NCBI GenBank assembly: GCA_000165345.1
Contig: CM000429.1
Span: 448,001-512,000, forward strand
Length of the DNA stretch: 64,000 nucleotides
Direction: 5' to 3'
In this document: one piece after another, positions 30,877-41,590 of the stretch
How the letters are laid out: every line of letters starts with the position of its first letter
Numbering within the stretch: position 1 is the first letter of the stretch
Notes under the pieces: model-generated
Seen by the model: the letters and a program-made list of their open reading frames with translations, nothing else
Databases searched by the model: none
Told to the model about the DNA's origin: nothing
Made by a program: the position numbers and the translations under genes

Positions 30877-33800
30877 ATGGGAAATCTTCAATTACTTTCT
30901 TTGGACAATGAGGAAGATTTAAGCAATTTATTTTTAGAATTTAGCTGGCTTGAGGAAAAGGGAGAACTAATAAAAGAAAGCAGGATTTCATTCGATTTTA
31001 AAGTATTTGATCAAGAACGTAAATGCTATGAGATTTATAAATTTTTTGGAGGATTAGATAAATTTTTAAAAATTGACAATGGTAAAGAACTGGATAACGC
31101 AATAGAAAAATTAGACTCCCCTGCCTTGAATTTTGAGCACAATATCTTTTTTAATGAAACTCTATCGCAAAATAGCTTGAAATACTTTCCCAGTTTAAAT
31201 GGCATGTTTTTCGAAAAAAATGAAGACAATATTATGAATAAAATATTATCAGTAATTGAAATACAAAAAAATACCAAGAATAGCATTTTCTACCCAAATA
31301 TAATTTTTTATGAACAAGCTAATAAATCTAAAAATTATATATATTTTAAAAGAGTTATGTGGGAATCAACCATTAAAGATAAATTGGATGAGCTACCTAA
31401 AATTAATTTATTGAATAATGTACTTAAGAATTGGCTTGAATTTCAATCTTTAATGTCCATTGTTCAATTACATTCTTTAGAAATATTTCATGGCAATATA
31501 AAAACAGAAAATATGCTAGTTAATCACTTATATACCGTAAAAATAACAGATATTTCGCCTTGGAAGCCAGTTTTCATTGATAGCTCAGACCTAAGATTTT
31601 GGACCATTTTTTTTGAGGACCAAAATTGTAATGCTAGAAGTAATGTTTTGAGTTGCAATTTGTCTCCAGAAAGATTTTTATTAGAAATTGATACTAAGAA
31701 TATCGAGACTGAGCTTAAATGTGAAATTAAGAATAAATTATTTAGTATGGATATTTTTTCCCTAGGTTGTGTATTGAATGAGATAGAAAATGAAGAATCA
31801 ACATTTACGATCAATGAAATATTACAAATGTCGAAATTTGAAAAATATTGCTCTAATATAAGTAAAATTAATAATGATTGGATTAGAGAAATATTTCTAA
31901 ATTATAACTGGGAAAAAAGACCAGATGCATTTGGAACTTTATTAAAATTATTAAACATGAATAAAATAATACAAATAAACTCCTTAAACGCGTACCTATT
32001 CAGTCACTTAGAAAAAAAGAATTTTAATTTTTGCAGGTCATTTCCATTATTCTTTTATCCACTCTCAATAATTATGCAGAATAAAATGTTTAGTGATTTA
32101 AGGATTCAAGTAATAATTTTGAACATAATCTTGCCAATTTTTTTGGAGTTATTTATTATTAAAAATATTTATGCAAATAACATAGAACCAAATCAAAAAA
32201 ATATTTGCTTTGAAGAAATATTTTCAAATCTTAAAATCGAATATACTCATGGTTGGGATTTAAATAAACTGAAAAGCACTTTTCAAAACAAGTTTGATAA
32301 TGAATTAATGAAAGACCTGATTTTAAGTATTTTGATATCAGATCTTAATCACCAAATATTTGATGAAAAGACAAAACTAGAAAATATTAATTCAAACAAC
32401 TACTCGAATATTAAAGGCTTTTTTTCAATTTTCCAACTTTTACTTAATTTCTGGGACAATAAAAAGGCAGAATTTAGTGAGGATTTTAACTTAACTCACT
32501 ATATAAATTATATTATATTGGATGATAATTTTCAATTAAATGATAATTATTCAATTATTCAAAAAAATAGAAAATCTTTTTTTGCACTAATTAAAAAAAA
32601 TAATTTATATATTGAAGATTATAATAGTGCGTCCGCCTTGTATCTTCATTTCATAAATATTAGTTTGCGTCGCTTAACTCACCTTCACGCATGCAATTAT
32701 GATTCAAATAATCTTAATATGTTTGAAATATATAATAGTATTTATTTATTATCGATTAATACACTAAATATATTATTGGAAATTTTATCTGAAGAACATA
32801 AACAGGAAATTGCTGTAAAAGAAATACTACCAACCTTGATACAATTTTTATCAAATAGCAAGCATTTTAACAAAGACTCCTGCTTTACCCAATATCAATT
32901 ACGCCTTGATAGAGTTAATTCAGCAAATCATTCAAACGATTTGTCTGTAAAGTACAATTACAAAGAGCCCATAGTTATTTTTGAAATATTTAATTTTATT
33001 AATTCTAATATCATGAAATATGTAAAAATTCAAAATGAAGAACTAGTTCTTGATGAAATTAATAAAATAATAAATGACTTATTAATTATGAATATTGAAA
33101 AATGGATTTATCATTATGTGGCATTAAATGACAGTTTAGTAGTTAGCAAACTTCTTGAAATTGCTGATCAGATATTAATACTTATCATGAAGAATAAGAA
33201 AAATAAATTAAACATATGGGTTACTGAAATCTTAACATCAAAGAATTCTGCACTAAAAAAACTGATTGTAAAAAGGAGCGTGGATAATATGTCAATATTA
33301 TTCAAAATTTTAGATTACTTTTTATTAACGAATAAAACTGAGGTTTTTATATCTGAAATTTTTCCTTACTTAATAGATCAATTAAACGATAAAGATATCA
33401 ATGTCAAATATGAATTCTGTAAATTGATTATACATATTATGGAAAAAATGGAAATGATATTTATACTTCCCTACGGTAAATTTTGTATTGAAAAATGTTT
33501 AGGCGATAAAGAATTCATTATAAAATTAATTGGTTTAAGGTCAGCAAATAAAATATTTAACAGAATAATTTTTGTTGAAAACAAATTAGGCATTAATGAA
33601 TCTGAGATTATTATTCATGAATTAATTGAATCTATTATTACTAACCTCGAAAGTATACTATTTATTAAGTATTATCCACTTATTAAAGAAATTGGAATTA
33701 CATTAAAATACATATACAACTATTCAAGAAAATACAATGATTGGTTAGTCTTTTTTTTATTTTTGAATAAATTCTTTAGAATAAAAGAAAAGAACACAAA

Positions 33801-35550
33801 ATGTTTAATAAATATATTTAAACTAAGTAAATTTTCTAGAAATGAGTTTTTGATCTATTATTTCAAAGACATGTTTAAGGACGAAGATAAATCTGCAAGT
33901 GAAAATTACAAAATGGCATCTACAGTTAAACAAGAAAATAATCAGATTTATCCACCTACTTACACAGAATTAATATTGTATACCTTGCCATGTCTTATAA
34001 ATCAATTGAGTTTAAATGATAAATTTGAGCAGATTGTTTTTATTTTATCTTTGATTCAAAAAGAAGCGAAATATAATATTCGAAAACAATTTATTCATGA
34101 TGCATTAAAACTTTTAACAAGAAAAAAAATTTATAATCAATTGTGCGAGCCAGATTTTAAAAAGCCACTACCTATTATTAAAGGAGAATATTTAGGGTCA
34201 ATTTATAATCATAGCAAACTCATTTCTAAATATGATAACAATACAAACATAGGTAATGGATTTAATATTTATCAGAAACTTCTATATATCAATGAAGAAA
34301 TTTACTCTTGTTCTACAAATAATTCAATTAATGCTGGAATATACTTGCATAAGTTAAATGTTCATGATAAGCTTCATTATTGGAATTTAATTACTGATCA
34401 ACTTAATAATTATATTTTTAAATTCAATAATAATAGTTTTGTGACTAGTATGATGACATTATCAAATGAATTTAGCATTATTACAGGGAATAACATTGGA
34501 ATCTTATCCAAAATTAATATTGATACAAGTATAATAACGGTTAACGAGCATTCATATAAAAATGAAAATTTGTTATTTAAACAATGCAGCTTCTTAAATT
34601 CAAAATCCCCAATTATAATATTTGTTGGAAAGATAAAAATTTATTCTAAAGAATTGATTATTTCTGCATATAGTAACGGGGATATATATTTTATTGAATC
34701 AGAGAGGTTGCAAACAGAAATCAGTTTCTCAATTCCCCTATCTTTGGGGAGTGTAATTGACTATTCAGTTGACAATAATTCTAATGATCATTTAATTTCA
34801 TTCGCCACTGATGAAAATATAGTTATTATTATTGATTTATTTTATTTGAAGAGTATGAAAATTTGGAAAATTGATCATGAATTAAGAATTACAAATATTG
34901 GTAGTTCAAATATTAATGATCAATCTTCAAAAATATTGCTTAACTTTAATAGAAATGGTGCTTTTGCACTTTTTGATCCAATTAGTGGTGAAATTGATTC
35001 TAATGTAGATTTTAAATTCCGGATAACCGAAATAAAAGAAAAGTTCATTCATATTCACAGACCATTTTTGTTTTCATCAAAAATGGTTCACACAGACTTT
35101 AAAAGCATACAAAAGTGTAATTGTCTATATTGTCAAACTCAAAGAGTTAGAATTTTTGGAAATTATTTGAATCAATATCAAATAATGAATCAATACCATA
35201 ATACTACGGTTAAAAAGGAGCGTCTAGTTAATAGAAACATTATTGGGCCGTTTAGTACCACTCATAACAACTTCATAGGCAAAGGACAATGTGCAAATAA
35301 ATATTACATTTTTAATGATGAAATTGGTAACGTTTATCAACAAAGCTTCCTCGACTCTAATTTATGTTATACAGATTCATTTGATTGTATAATTAGTAAA
35401 TACTCAGCGCAGACAAGTTTAATTGGTGTAAACAACGAAAACAAAGGGCATAAAGACTTAATCACATCAATCAGCATATACTCATTTAGTAATGATGAAA
35501 TCGGATTACTTACATCTTCAAGAGATGGTATTATTTCTTACTGGAATTGA
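30877..35550 (+). CDS. VPS15: Vps15/PIK3R4-like PI3K regulatory pseudokinase (N-myristoylation Gly, kinase-like domain, HEAT-like middle, C-terminal WD40)
   Basis: 1557 aa. It begins MGNLQLLSL (compare Vps15 MGAQLSL). ..HGNIKTENMLVNHLYTVKITDISPWKPVFIDSSD...CNLSPERFL...DIFSLGCVLNEI parallels Vps15 ([33 protein letters not shown]...CYLAPERF...DIFSLGCVIAEL). The C-terminus has WD-like repeats (..LTSSRDGIISYWN). Confidence 0.7.
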   Translation: MGNLQLLSLDNEEDLSNLFLEFSWLEEKGELIKESRISFDFKVFDQERKCYEIYKFFGGLDKFLKIDNGKELDNAIEKLDSPALNFEHNIFFNETLSQNSLKYFPSLNGMFFEKNEDNIMNKILSVIEIQKNTKNSIFYPNIIFYEQANKSKNYIYFKRVMWESTIKDKLDELPKINLLNNVLKNWLEFQSLMSIVQLHSLEIFHGNIKTENMLVNHLYTVKITDISPWKPVFIDSSDLRFWTIFFEDQNCNARSNVLSCNLSPERFLLEIDTKNIETELKCEIKNKLFSMDIFSLGCVLNEIENEESTFTINEILQMSKFEKYCSNISKINNDWIREIFLNYNWEKRPDAFGTLLKLLNMNKIIQINSLNAYLFSHLEKKNFNFCRSFPLFFYPLSIIMQNKMFSDLRIQVIILNIILPIFLELFIIKNIYANNIEPNQKNICFEEIFSNLKIEYTHGWDLNKLKSTFQNKFDNELMKDLILSILISDLNHQIFDEKTKLENINSNNYSNIKGFFSIFQLLLNFWDNKKAEFSEDFNLTHYINYIILDDNFQLNDNYSIIQKNRKSFFALIKKNNLYIEDYNSASALYLHFINISLRRLTHLHACNYDSNNLNMFEIYNSIYLLSINTLNILLEILSEEHKQEIAVKEILPTLIQFLSNSKHFNKDSCFTQYQLRLDRVNSANHSNDLSVKYNYKEPIVIFEIFNFINSNIMKYVKIQNEELVLDEINKIINDLLIMNIEKWIYHYVALNDSLVVSKLLEIADQILILIMKNKKNKLNIWVTEILTSKNSALKKLIVKRSVDNMSILFKILDYFLLTNKTEVFISEIFPYLIDQLNDKDINVKYEFCKLIIHIMEKMEMIFILPYGKFCIEKCLGDKEFIIKLIGLRSANKIFNRIIFVENKLGINESEIIIHELIESIITNLESILFIKYYPLIKEIGITLKYIYNYSRKYNDWLVFFLFLNKFFRIKEKNTKCLINIFKLSKFSRNEFLIYYFKDMFKDEDKSASENYKMASTVKQENNQIYPPTYTELILYTLPCLINQLSLNDKFEQIVFILSLIQKEAKYNIRKQFIHDALKLLTRKKIYNQLCEPDFKKPLPIIKGEYLGSIYNHSKLISKYDNNTNIGNGFNIYQKLLYINEEIYSCSTNNSINAGIYLHKLNVHDKLHYWNLITDQLNNYIFKFNNNSFVTSMMTLSNEFSIITGNNIGILSKINIDTSIITVNEHSYKNENLLFKQCSFLNSKSPIIIFVGKIKIYSKELIISAYSNGDIYFIESERLQTEISFSIPLSLGSVIDYSVDNNSNDHLISFATDENIVIIIDLFYLKSMKIWKIDHELRITNIGSSNINDQSSKILLNFNRNGAFALFDPISGEIDSNVDFKFRITEIKEKFIHIHRPFLFSSKMVHTDFKSIQKCNCLYCQTQRVRIFGNYLNQYQIMNQYHNTTVKKERLVNRNIIGPFSTTHNNFIGKGQCANKYYIFNDEIGNVYQQSFLDSNLCYTDSFDCIISKYSAQTSLIGVNNENKGHKDLITSISIYSFSNDEIGLLTSSRDGIISYWN

Positions 35551-35769
35551 TCGTCAACATTTATTCGCGCCACTTCTTAGCTGTCTAGATAAATTATGAT
35601 GAGTTATATTAAGAGGGGTGTGAAAAACAGCTTGATCAATATTTGAAGTACTTTTCTAAGATCTAAAAGCATAACAATTTCTAAAATTGAATTTGAACTT
35701 TACTAAAATAACAATACAATAATTTTTCCGCAATTTTAAATGTATTACTTATGATTAAGAAATGAAACA

Positions 35770-38559
35770 ATGGCTGTTGGAAATATCAATTCTAATGACG
35801 AACTTGAAGCTGCTATGAAAAATATGAAGAGCCATGATTCAAATAAAAGAATACAAGGAATTCAGCTATTTGCTGACGTAATAAAAACAGATTGCAGTCT
35901 CTTATCAATTGAATACATTAAAAAGCTTCAAATTGTTTTTGAATGTGAGCACAATATAGAAGTGCTATTGCAACTTTCTAAATCGTGTACAAATTTGGGT
36001 TTGATTTCACTTTTCGAGGAGCAAATTTGTGGGTTAAATATTAATGAGTTTGATTTCTTTAGTAAGGGTTGTATTTTTAACGCTGCAAAACAAATCATAT
36101 ACAATGCCTACGATGATCTTTCGACTAGATTTCATACACATAAAAGAAAATCAAATAAAAATTCATTATTTACCATAGAAAAAATAATAACTTTAGTACC
36201 AATCTTACAAGACATTGCTGAACTTGATGACGTATATGTAAGGCTAGAAACAATGAAATCTCTCAAATCACTCATTAATATTATTACATTTCTTATTGAA
36301 GAAAACTTAAATAACATACACAAAAGTACTGAATATAACGAATTGGAATTAATATTCAATCATTCTCTTGAAATTTTTCAGAAGTTGGCAAACTCTGATA
36401 TTCTTAGCCACAAAATTCTATCATGCCATATTATTCCTTTAATACTGGAGCAGAAAAGACTTTCTGAAATTTTTGTTGATGAAAAAAATATTTTACTTGC
36501 TAAATATTCAGATTTTTGTGTCCATCCTGCACCTATTTTAAGAAAACATGCATCTAAAGTGTTCAATGCTATTTTGGAACAAATTGAATTTGAAGAAGGT
36601 ATTATCGAAATTCTCTTATTTCCAATCATTAGGAATTTCTGTTGCGATGAGCAAGAATGTGTGAGGCTAATTGCAATAGAAAATATAGAGGCATTTTTCT
36701 TACAAGTTTTCGAATTGGCCAACTCTAATAAAGAATATATTAAAAAAGTAATTATTTTTTTTGAAAAGCTACAACCTTTTATATTTATTCTTTATAATGA
36801 TGTAAGCTGGAGGATTAGATCTAATGTATCAAGGCCGATAATTAATATTTACTCAAAATTGTCTCGCTTGGTTACTTCCAGTGAAGCAGAAAATATTGAT
36901 ATTCATCGTATTAGAGAGCAATCAATAATTAAATCCAATCAAGTAAAAAATGAAAATCTAAAAATTGTGGGCAATGAGAACGAATCACAAAATTTAGATA
37001 TTTCAATCGATGGGGATAACTTGTGTTCGCATCCTTGCTCAAAAGATAATTCAAGCGTGAACGATATAGACTATTTAAATAAGCTAGCATTGATTCTAAC
37101 TCAATTATTGATGGATCTAGAGTCTGAAACAAGAATTAGCACCCTTTCAAACGTACTAAAAACAATTGAAGAACAAACAATTGAGTCCAGGCCCACTATC
37201 ACAGATGATAAATCACCAATCCCATATATTTCAAAAATTTTGTTTTATGATGTAATTATTCAACAAATAAATAATTCAAATACTCTCCTAACAGATCAAA
37301 ATGCTGCAGTAAGAATTAATCTATCAAGAATAACAAAAATTATAATGCTAGTTAAGACAAACTTTGAAATTGACGAATTTATGAATATTGAACTCGAAAA
37401 TGCCTTCGATCATTTAGTTACAAAATTGACTCATGATGAGGACGACCAGGTGCGACAAAGCGTTGTATTAGCTCTCTGCTCGGGAGTCTCCGAATCAACT
37501 GACATTAACTTTTTGATAAAAAAGATAGTCTTACCCCACTCAAGCTCAATGATTCAGGATAACTTTTGGCGAGTTAGGTATTGTTCCATTATTCTTCTCA
37601 TTTTATCGCTTTATAAATTGCTATCATCGTACTATGAGGAGGACGAAATTTGGAATTGCAAGATTAATTTTAACAATGATGAAAACACTAAAGATTTTTT
37701 GAATTATTATGAAGGAACTATAGATGTTTTGATAGAGCTCATAATTATGAATATTACAGACAAGACGAGCATCATTAGGCAGCTTACTTCCATTTTCTCA
37801 TTGCCATTATTATCTTCTTGGTTCGGACTTCAATGGACAAAAAACCAACTTTGGAGTAAGGATATATTACCAATGATAACAAACGAAAAATCATATATAA
37901 TGCGGATAACTGGGTTACTTTCAGCTAATTCAATAATATCGGGAGTATGCATTCGTTCATTCAAGGAGCTGCTAGATGTTATTAAGCACGTAATACAGCT
38001 TATTTTAATTGTAGCCCCTACACTAGATCCAGGAAACGAAGATTATCGGCCTTATCAAGAACATTTAGAAGTCATTAATAGCCAATTGACCGCGAATCAA
38101 AGTGGTCGAAATGAACTTATAAAAAATACCGAATTCTTAAATAGTGGTTTAGCGCAAAAGAATATATCTAGCTTGAGCTCACAAAGCAATCATCTAAATG
38201 AATACCTTCCTTTGATTAATGCTTCAAATCTAACTTTGTCTCTTAATCCATCAGACAAAAACCATAATACTAGAAAAAAATCTGAAAGTATCCCATTCGA
38301 CTTCAGTGAGTTCCAATTAGAGATTATTTCAGTGGTCCTACAATACTCTGTAAATGACATAGTTCCAAACGTTCGGGCAAAAGCGTTTCAAACGATTAAC
38401 TCGATCATTGATCGAAATGGATTAGGAAACTTCCAGAAATCAGTCGTCGACCAGGTAAAATATTCATATGAAAACGATCCAGATTCTGACGTCAGGACTT
38501 ATTGTCGATATATTTTGAAAAAAACCATGGAGGACGAAATAAATGAAGATTATAACTAA
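35770..38559 (+). CDS. HEAT-repeat protein related to the PP2A scaffold subunit A (PR65) / PP4R1 family
   Basis: 929 aa. ..CCDEQECVRLIAIENIEAFF...DVSWRIRSNVSRPIINIYSKL...NFWRVRYCSIILLI.. resembles PR65 HEAT repeats (..DEQDSVRLLAVEAC...SWRVRYMVADKF...HWRVRLAIIEY..). Its length is closer to PP4R1 (~950 aa) than PR65 (~590 aa). Confidence 0.4.
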   Translation: MAVGNINSNDELEAAMKNMKSHDSNKRIQGIQLFADVIKTDCSLLSIEYIKKLQIVFECEHNIEVLLQLSKSCTNLGLISLFEEQICGLNINEFDFFSKGCIFNAAKQIIYNAYDDLSTRFHTHKRKSNKNSLFTIEKIITLVPILQDIAELDDVYVRLETMKSLKSLINIITFLIEENLNNIHKSTEYNELELIFNHSLEIFQKLANSDILSHKILSCHIIPLILEQKRLSEIFVDEKNILLAKYSDFCVHPAPILRKHASKVFNAILEQIEFEEGIIEILLFPIIRNFCCDEQECVRLIAIENIEAFFLQVFELANSNKEYIKKVIIFFEKLQPFIFILYNDVSWRIRSNVSRPIINIYSKLSRLVTSSEAENIDIHRIREQSIIKSNQVKNENLKIVGNENESQNLDISIDGDNLCSHPCSKDNSSVNDIDYLNKLALILTQLLMDLESETRISTLSNVLKTIEEQTIESRPTITDDKSPIPYISKILFYDVIIQQINNSNTLLTDQNAAVRINLSRITKIIMLVKTNFEIDEFMNIELENAFDHLVTKLTHDEDDQVRQSVVLALCSGVSESTDINFLIKKIVLPHSSSMIQDNFWRVRYCSIILLILSLYKLLSSYYEEDEIWNCKINFNNDENTKDFLNYYEGTIDVLIELIIMNITDKTSIIRQLTSIFSLPLLSSWFGLQWTKNQLWSKDILPMITNEKSYIMRITGLLSANSIISGVCIRSFKELLDVIKHVIQLILIVAPTLDPGNEDYRPYQEHLEVINSQLTANQSGRNELIKNTEFLNSGLAQKNISSLSSQSNHLNEYLPLINASNLTLSLNPSDKNHNTRKKSESIPFDFSEFQLEIISVVLQYSVNDIVPNVRAKAFQTINSIIDRNGLGNFQKSVVDQVKYSYENDPDSDVRTYCRYILKKTMEDEINEDYN

Positions 38560-38594
38560 TCACGTGTTTGATCCTAATTCCTATTTATCTGCAT

Positions 38595-40517
38595 TCATAA
38601 ATTATTTTTCTGCACTTTTTTGGCTTCTTTGGCTAACTTTCTTGCTGCTCTCTCAGCTGCAATTTTTTCCCTGTTAGTGTGATAGGCATTCCTCCTTTCA
38701 ATGTCTTTAGTGTTTTCCCTAGCTCCCGATTCAGTAAGCATTTTGATTAATAGGTCTGGAGATTCTCCGAGCTGTACGGTTAGATTGTATACAAGATTAA
38801 TCTTGTCATTCTCTCGTTTAGAATCAACAATATCTCTTGTGAAGTAGCCTATTCTTTCGAATTGATATCTATTCATCTTTATTTCTCCTTTACTATTAAA
38901 AAATTCATCATTCAATAAGTTCTTTTCTGAAAAGCCATGTATTACTACAAGACTCTTGTTATTAATGAATTGCCTCCAATCTTTATCCTGATTTTCAGGC
39001 TCAGGAAGCGTAAAAAGACGGCCATAAAGCCTGAACTCAACATTAGTAACATTGCTTGTAGACAACCAATGTATCGCAGCCAATTTTTTCTTGTTAACAT
39101 TTGAATCATTTTCATTATCAGAGGAATGAATAATGCAATGTACTTCTTTTACTTCCTTAGTATCTGTATCAATTATAGCATTTTTACATGTGATTGCATA
39201 TGAATACTTTAGTCTAACTGAACCGCCAATAAATAGCCTTTTAAAATCACCAGGTGGCTGCTGAGAATCAATTTCTTGATTTTCATCGAACCAAAAATCA
39301 CTTTTTTCAATCCACAAATTTCTCGTCAAGTACAGGACTCTTTCGCCCATGTCAATATTATCATCAGGATGGTTTTTTACAGTTATTTCAACTGCTTCTT
39401 TTTGGAAACACTCATCCCAATTAATAATGACTACTTTTAGTGGTTGAATGCAGGCAAATCTTCTTTGGCATATGCTATGCAAATTTTCTTTCACACAATC
39501 CTCTAATAGTTGAATATGTATCATTTGATCTCTTTTTGAAGCGCCTATCTTATCGCAAAAGTCCCACAGAGACTGTGGAGGGTACCCCTTTCTCCTTACA
39601 GCAGAGAGGGTAGGCATTCTAGGGTCGTCCCAGCCAGCTACATGTTTTTCATTAACTAGTAAAAGAAGTTTCCTTTTACTTAGTACCAAATATGTCATAT
39701 TTAATCGTGCAAATTCAATCTGTCTTGTTTTGGTAATTTCTAGCTCAGATTGTAGCCAATCATACAACGGTCGATGAAGCTCAAACTCCAATGTACAAAT
39801 ACTATGAGTTATTCCCTCTATTGAATCACTTTGGCCGTGAGCAAAGTCATACATTGGATAAATAACCCATTTGTCGCCAGTATGGGGATGGGACTGTTTG
39901 AGAATCCTATATAAAATCGGGTCACGTAAATTTGGATTTCCATGTTTCATATCTATCTTTGCCCTTAAAACGCATTCGCCTTCATCACATTTTCCATCTT
40001 TCATTCTCTCAAAGAGTTCCATATTTTCGTTAATTGAACGATTTCTATATATAGATTCTACTGCAGGAGTATTTGAATCTCCCCTGTTTTTCCTAATTTC
40101 TTCTACTGTCTGATGATCAACATATGCCTTCCCAGCAAGAATTAACTTTTTTGCCCACTCATACAGTTGGTCAAAGTAATCGGATGCGTAGTATTTATGT
40201 TCGCCCCAGTCAACACCCAGCCATCTAACATCTTCTTCTATTGCGTCTATATACTGCTGCTCTTCAGAATATGGGTTTGTGTCATCATAGCGTAGGTGGA
40301 ATCTGCCATCATAAATCTTTGCTATCCCGTAGTTTAAACAGATTGATTTTGCATGTCCTAAATGAAGAAATCCATTTGGTTCGGGAGGAAACCTTGTGAC
40401 AATTTTGTTATGTTTACCATTCTTTAGATCATCTTCTACTATCTGTTTAATAAAATTTGTTGTATTTGATACAACATTAATATGTTCATTTTCAATTTTC
40501 AATCCTAAAGAAGCCAT
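38595..40517 (-). CDS. Glutaminyl-tRNA synthetase (class I; bacterial-like length without the eukaryotic N-terminal appended domain, with a Lys-rich C-terminal tail)
   Basis: 640 aa. [41 protein letters not shown] is almost identical in pattern to E. coli/eukaryotic GlnRS ([36 protein letters not shown]). It has a KMSKS-type LVLSKRK and an anticodon-binding beta-barrel region. The C-terminal ..[18 protein letters not shown] is K-rich. Confidence 0.85.
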   Translation of the reverse strand: [640 protein letters not shown]

Positions 40518-40648
40518 TTGTATAAATTGTATACTTGCTGTAAAATTCTAAAAACTGACTACAGATGTTTTTGCGGGGCAATCATGACAAGGTGAAAAAA
40601 AATATATTTTATTCACTTAAACATTACTCTATAGGATAAATAAATTTA

Positions 40649-41494
40649 TTATTCACGAAAATTAAACATATAGTTGCTATTATTATTTCCTGGGGGGAAA
40701 AACATATCATTATCAGGGATAGTAGTCCCGCCTGGAATGGAAGAAATGGGAATATTTTTTGGTTTACCGAATATTTTTGGTTGGTTTTTGAAAATAATAC
40801 TTTCTGGCCCTACTAAGCTTCCTCTAACACCATTACTATCAATTAAAGGGTCAACGCTCTTGCGAAAATTGTTTCCAATATATTCTTCAAAACTCCTCTC
40901 AGTTTCTAATAAAGGCTCACATTTTATTATAGGAATTTTATGCCCTTCTTCTATATTAATTTTTGAATTGTTATTATAAATTTTATTTCTATTAAAGAAT
41001 CCATCAATTTCATTTCTAATCAAACCTGATAATTCAAACATCAAAGATTCATTACTACTGTAGTTTTCTGATATTTTAAAGGGAAATTCCAATTTCATGG
41101 CTTCTCCTATTAGATTGCTCTTCACTGATAATTGAACCGATGTTTCAGAAGAGTTTAAGTCAAAGATTAATTCTGGTATTACTTTTTCGATCTTTTTAGA
41201 GCAAATTTTGCTTATATAAAATAGTCTATTTTTTTTGCTTTTTGACCTCCAGTTTGAAGGCAATAACTCCATTGAAATACTATCATCCCGTGAATTTATG
41301 GGAACTCCAAACTCTTCGCTAATGCATGTGTGATCTAGGGTGTTATCTATTTCGTCATCTTCACCTTTAATGGATTTAACTGGAATGAATCCAAGGTCTA
41401 ATAATATTGAATGAGTTATTACTAAAACATTCTCATATAAATCTTCTGGATTTGCGTGCTTAAATAAAATATGTATCCAAAATGATCTATCCAT
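40649..41494 (-). CDS. Hypothetical protein, possibly a proteasome inhibitor PI31-like (FP-domain) protein
   Basis: 281 aa. The N-terminal ~150 aa is globular (MDRSFWIHILFKHANPEDLYENVLVITHSILLDLGFIPV..). The C-terminus is a G/P-rich tail (..FGKPKNIPISSIPGGTTIPDNDMFFPPGNNNSNY..), reminiscent of the PI31 architecture. This is a weak call. Confidence 0.25.
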   Translation of the reverse strand: MDRSFWIHILFKHANPEDLYENVLVITHSILLDLGFIPVKSIKGEDDEIDNTLDHTCISEEFGVPINSRDDSISMELLPSNWRSKSKKNRLFYISKICSKKIEKVIPELIFDLNSSETSVQLSVKSNLIGEAMKLEFPFKISENYSSNESLMFELSGLIRNEIDGFFNRNKIYNNNSKINIEEGHKIPIIKCEPLLETERSFEEYIGNNFRKSVDPLIDSNGVRGSLVGPESIIFKNQPKIFGKPKNIPISSIPGGTTIPDNDMFFPPGNNNSNYMFNFRE

Positions 41495-41590
41495 TTAGTT
41501 TATATTTTCTTTATTATTCTTATAGTGTTATTTTTCTATTTCCACTGCCCACATCTTTGCGCAATATAAATTGAAAAAAAAAAAAATATC

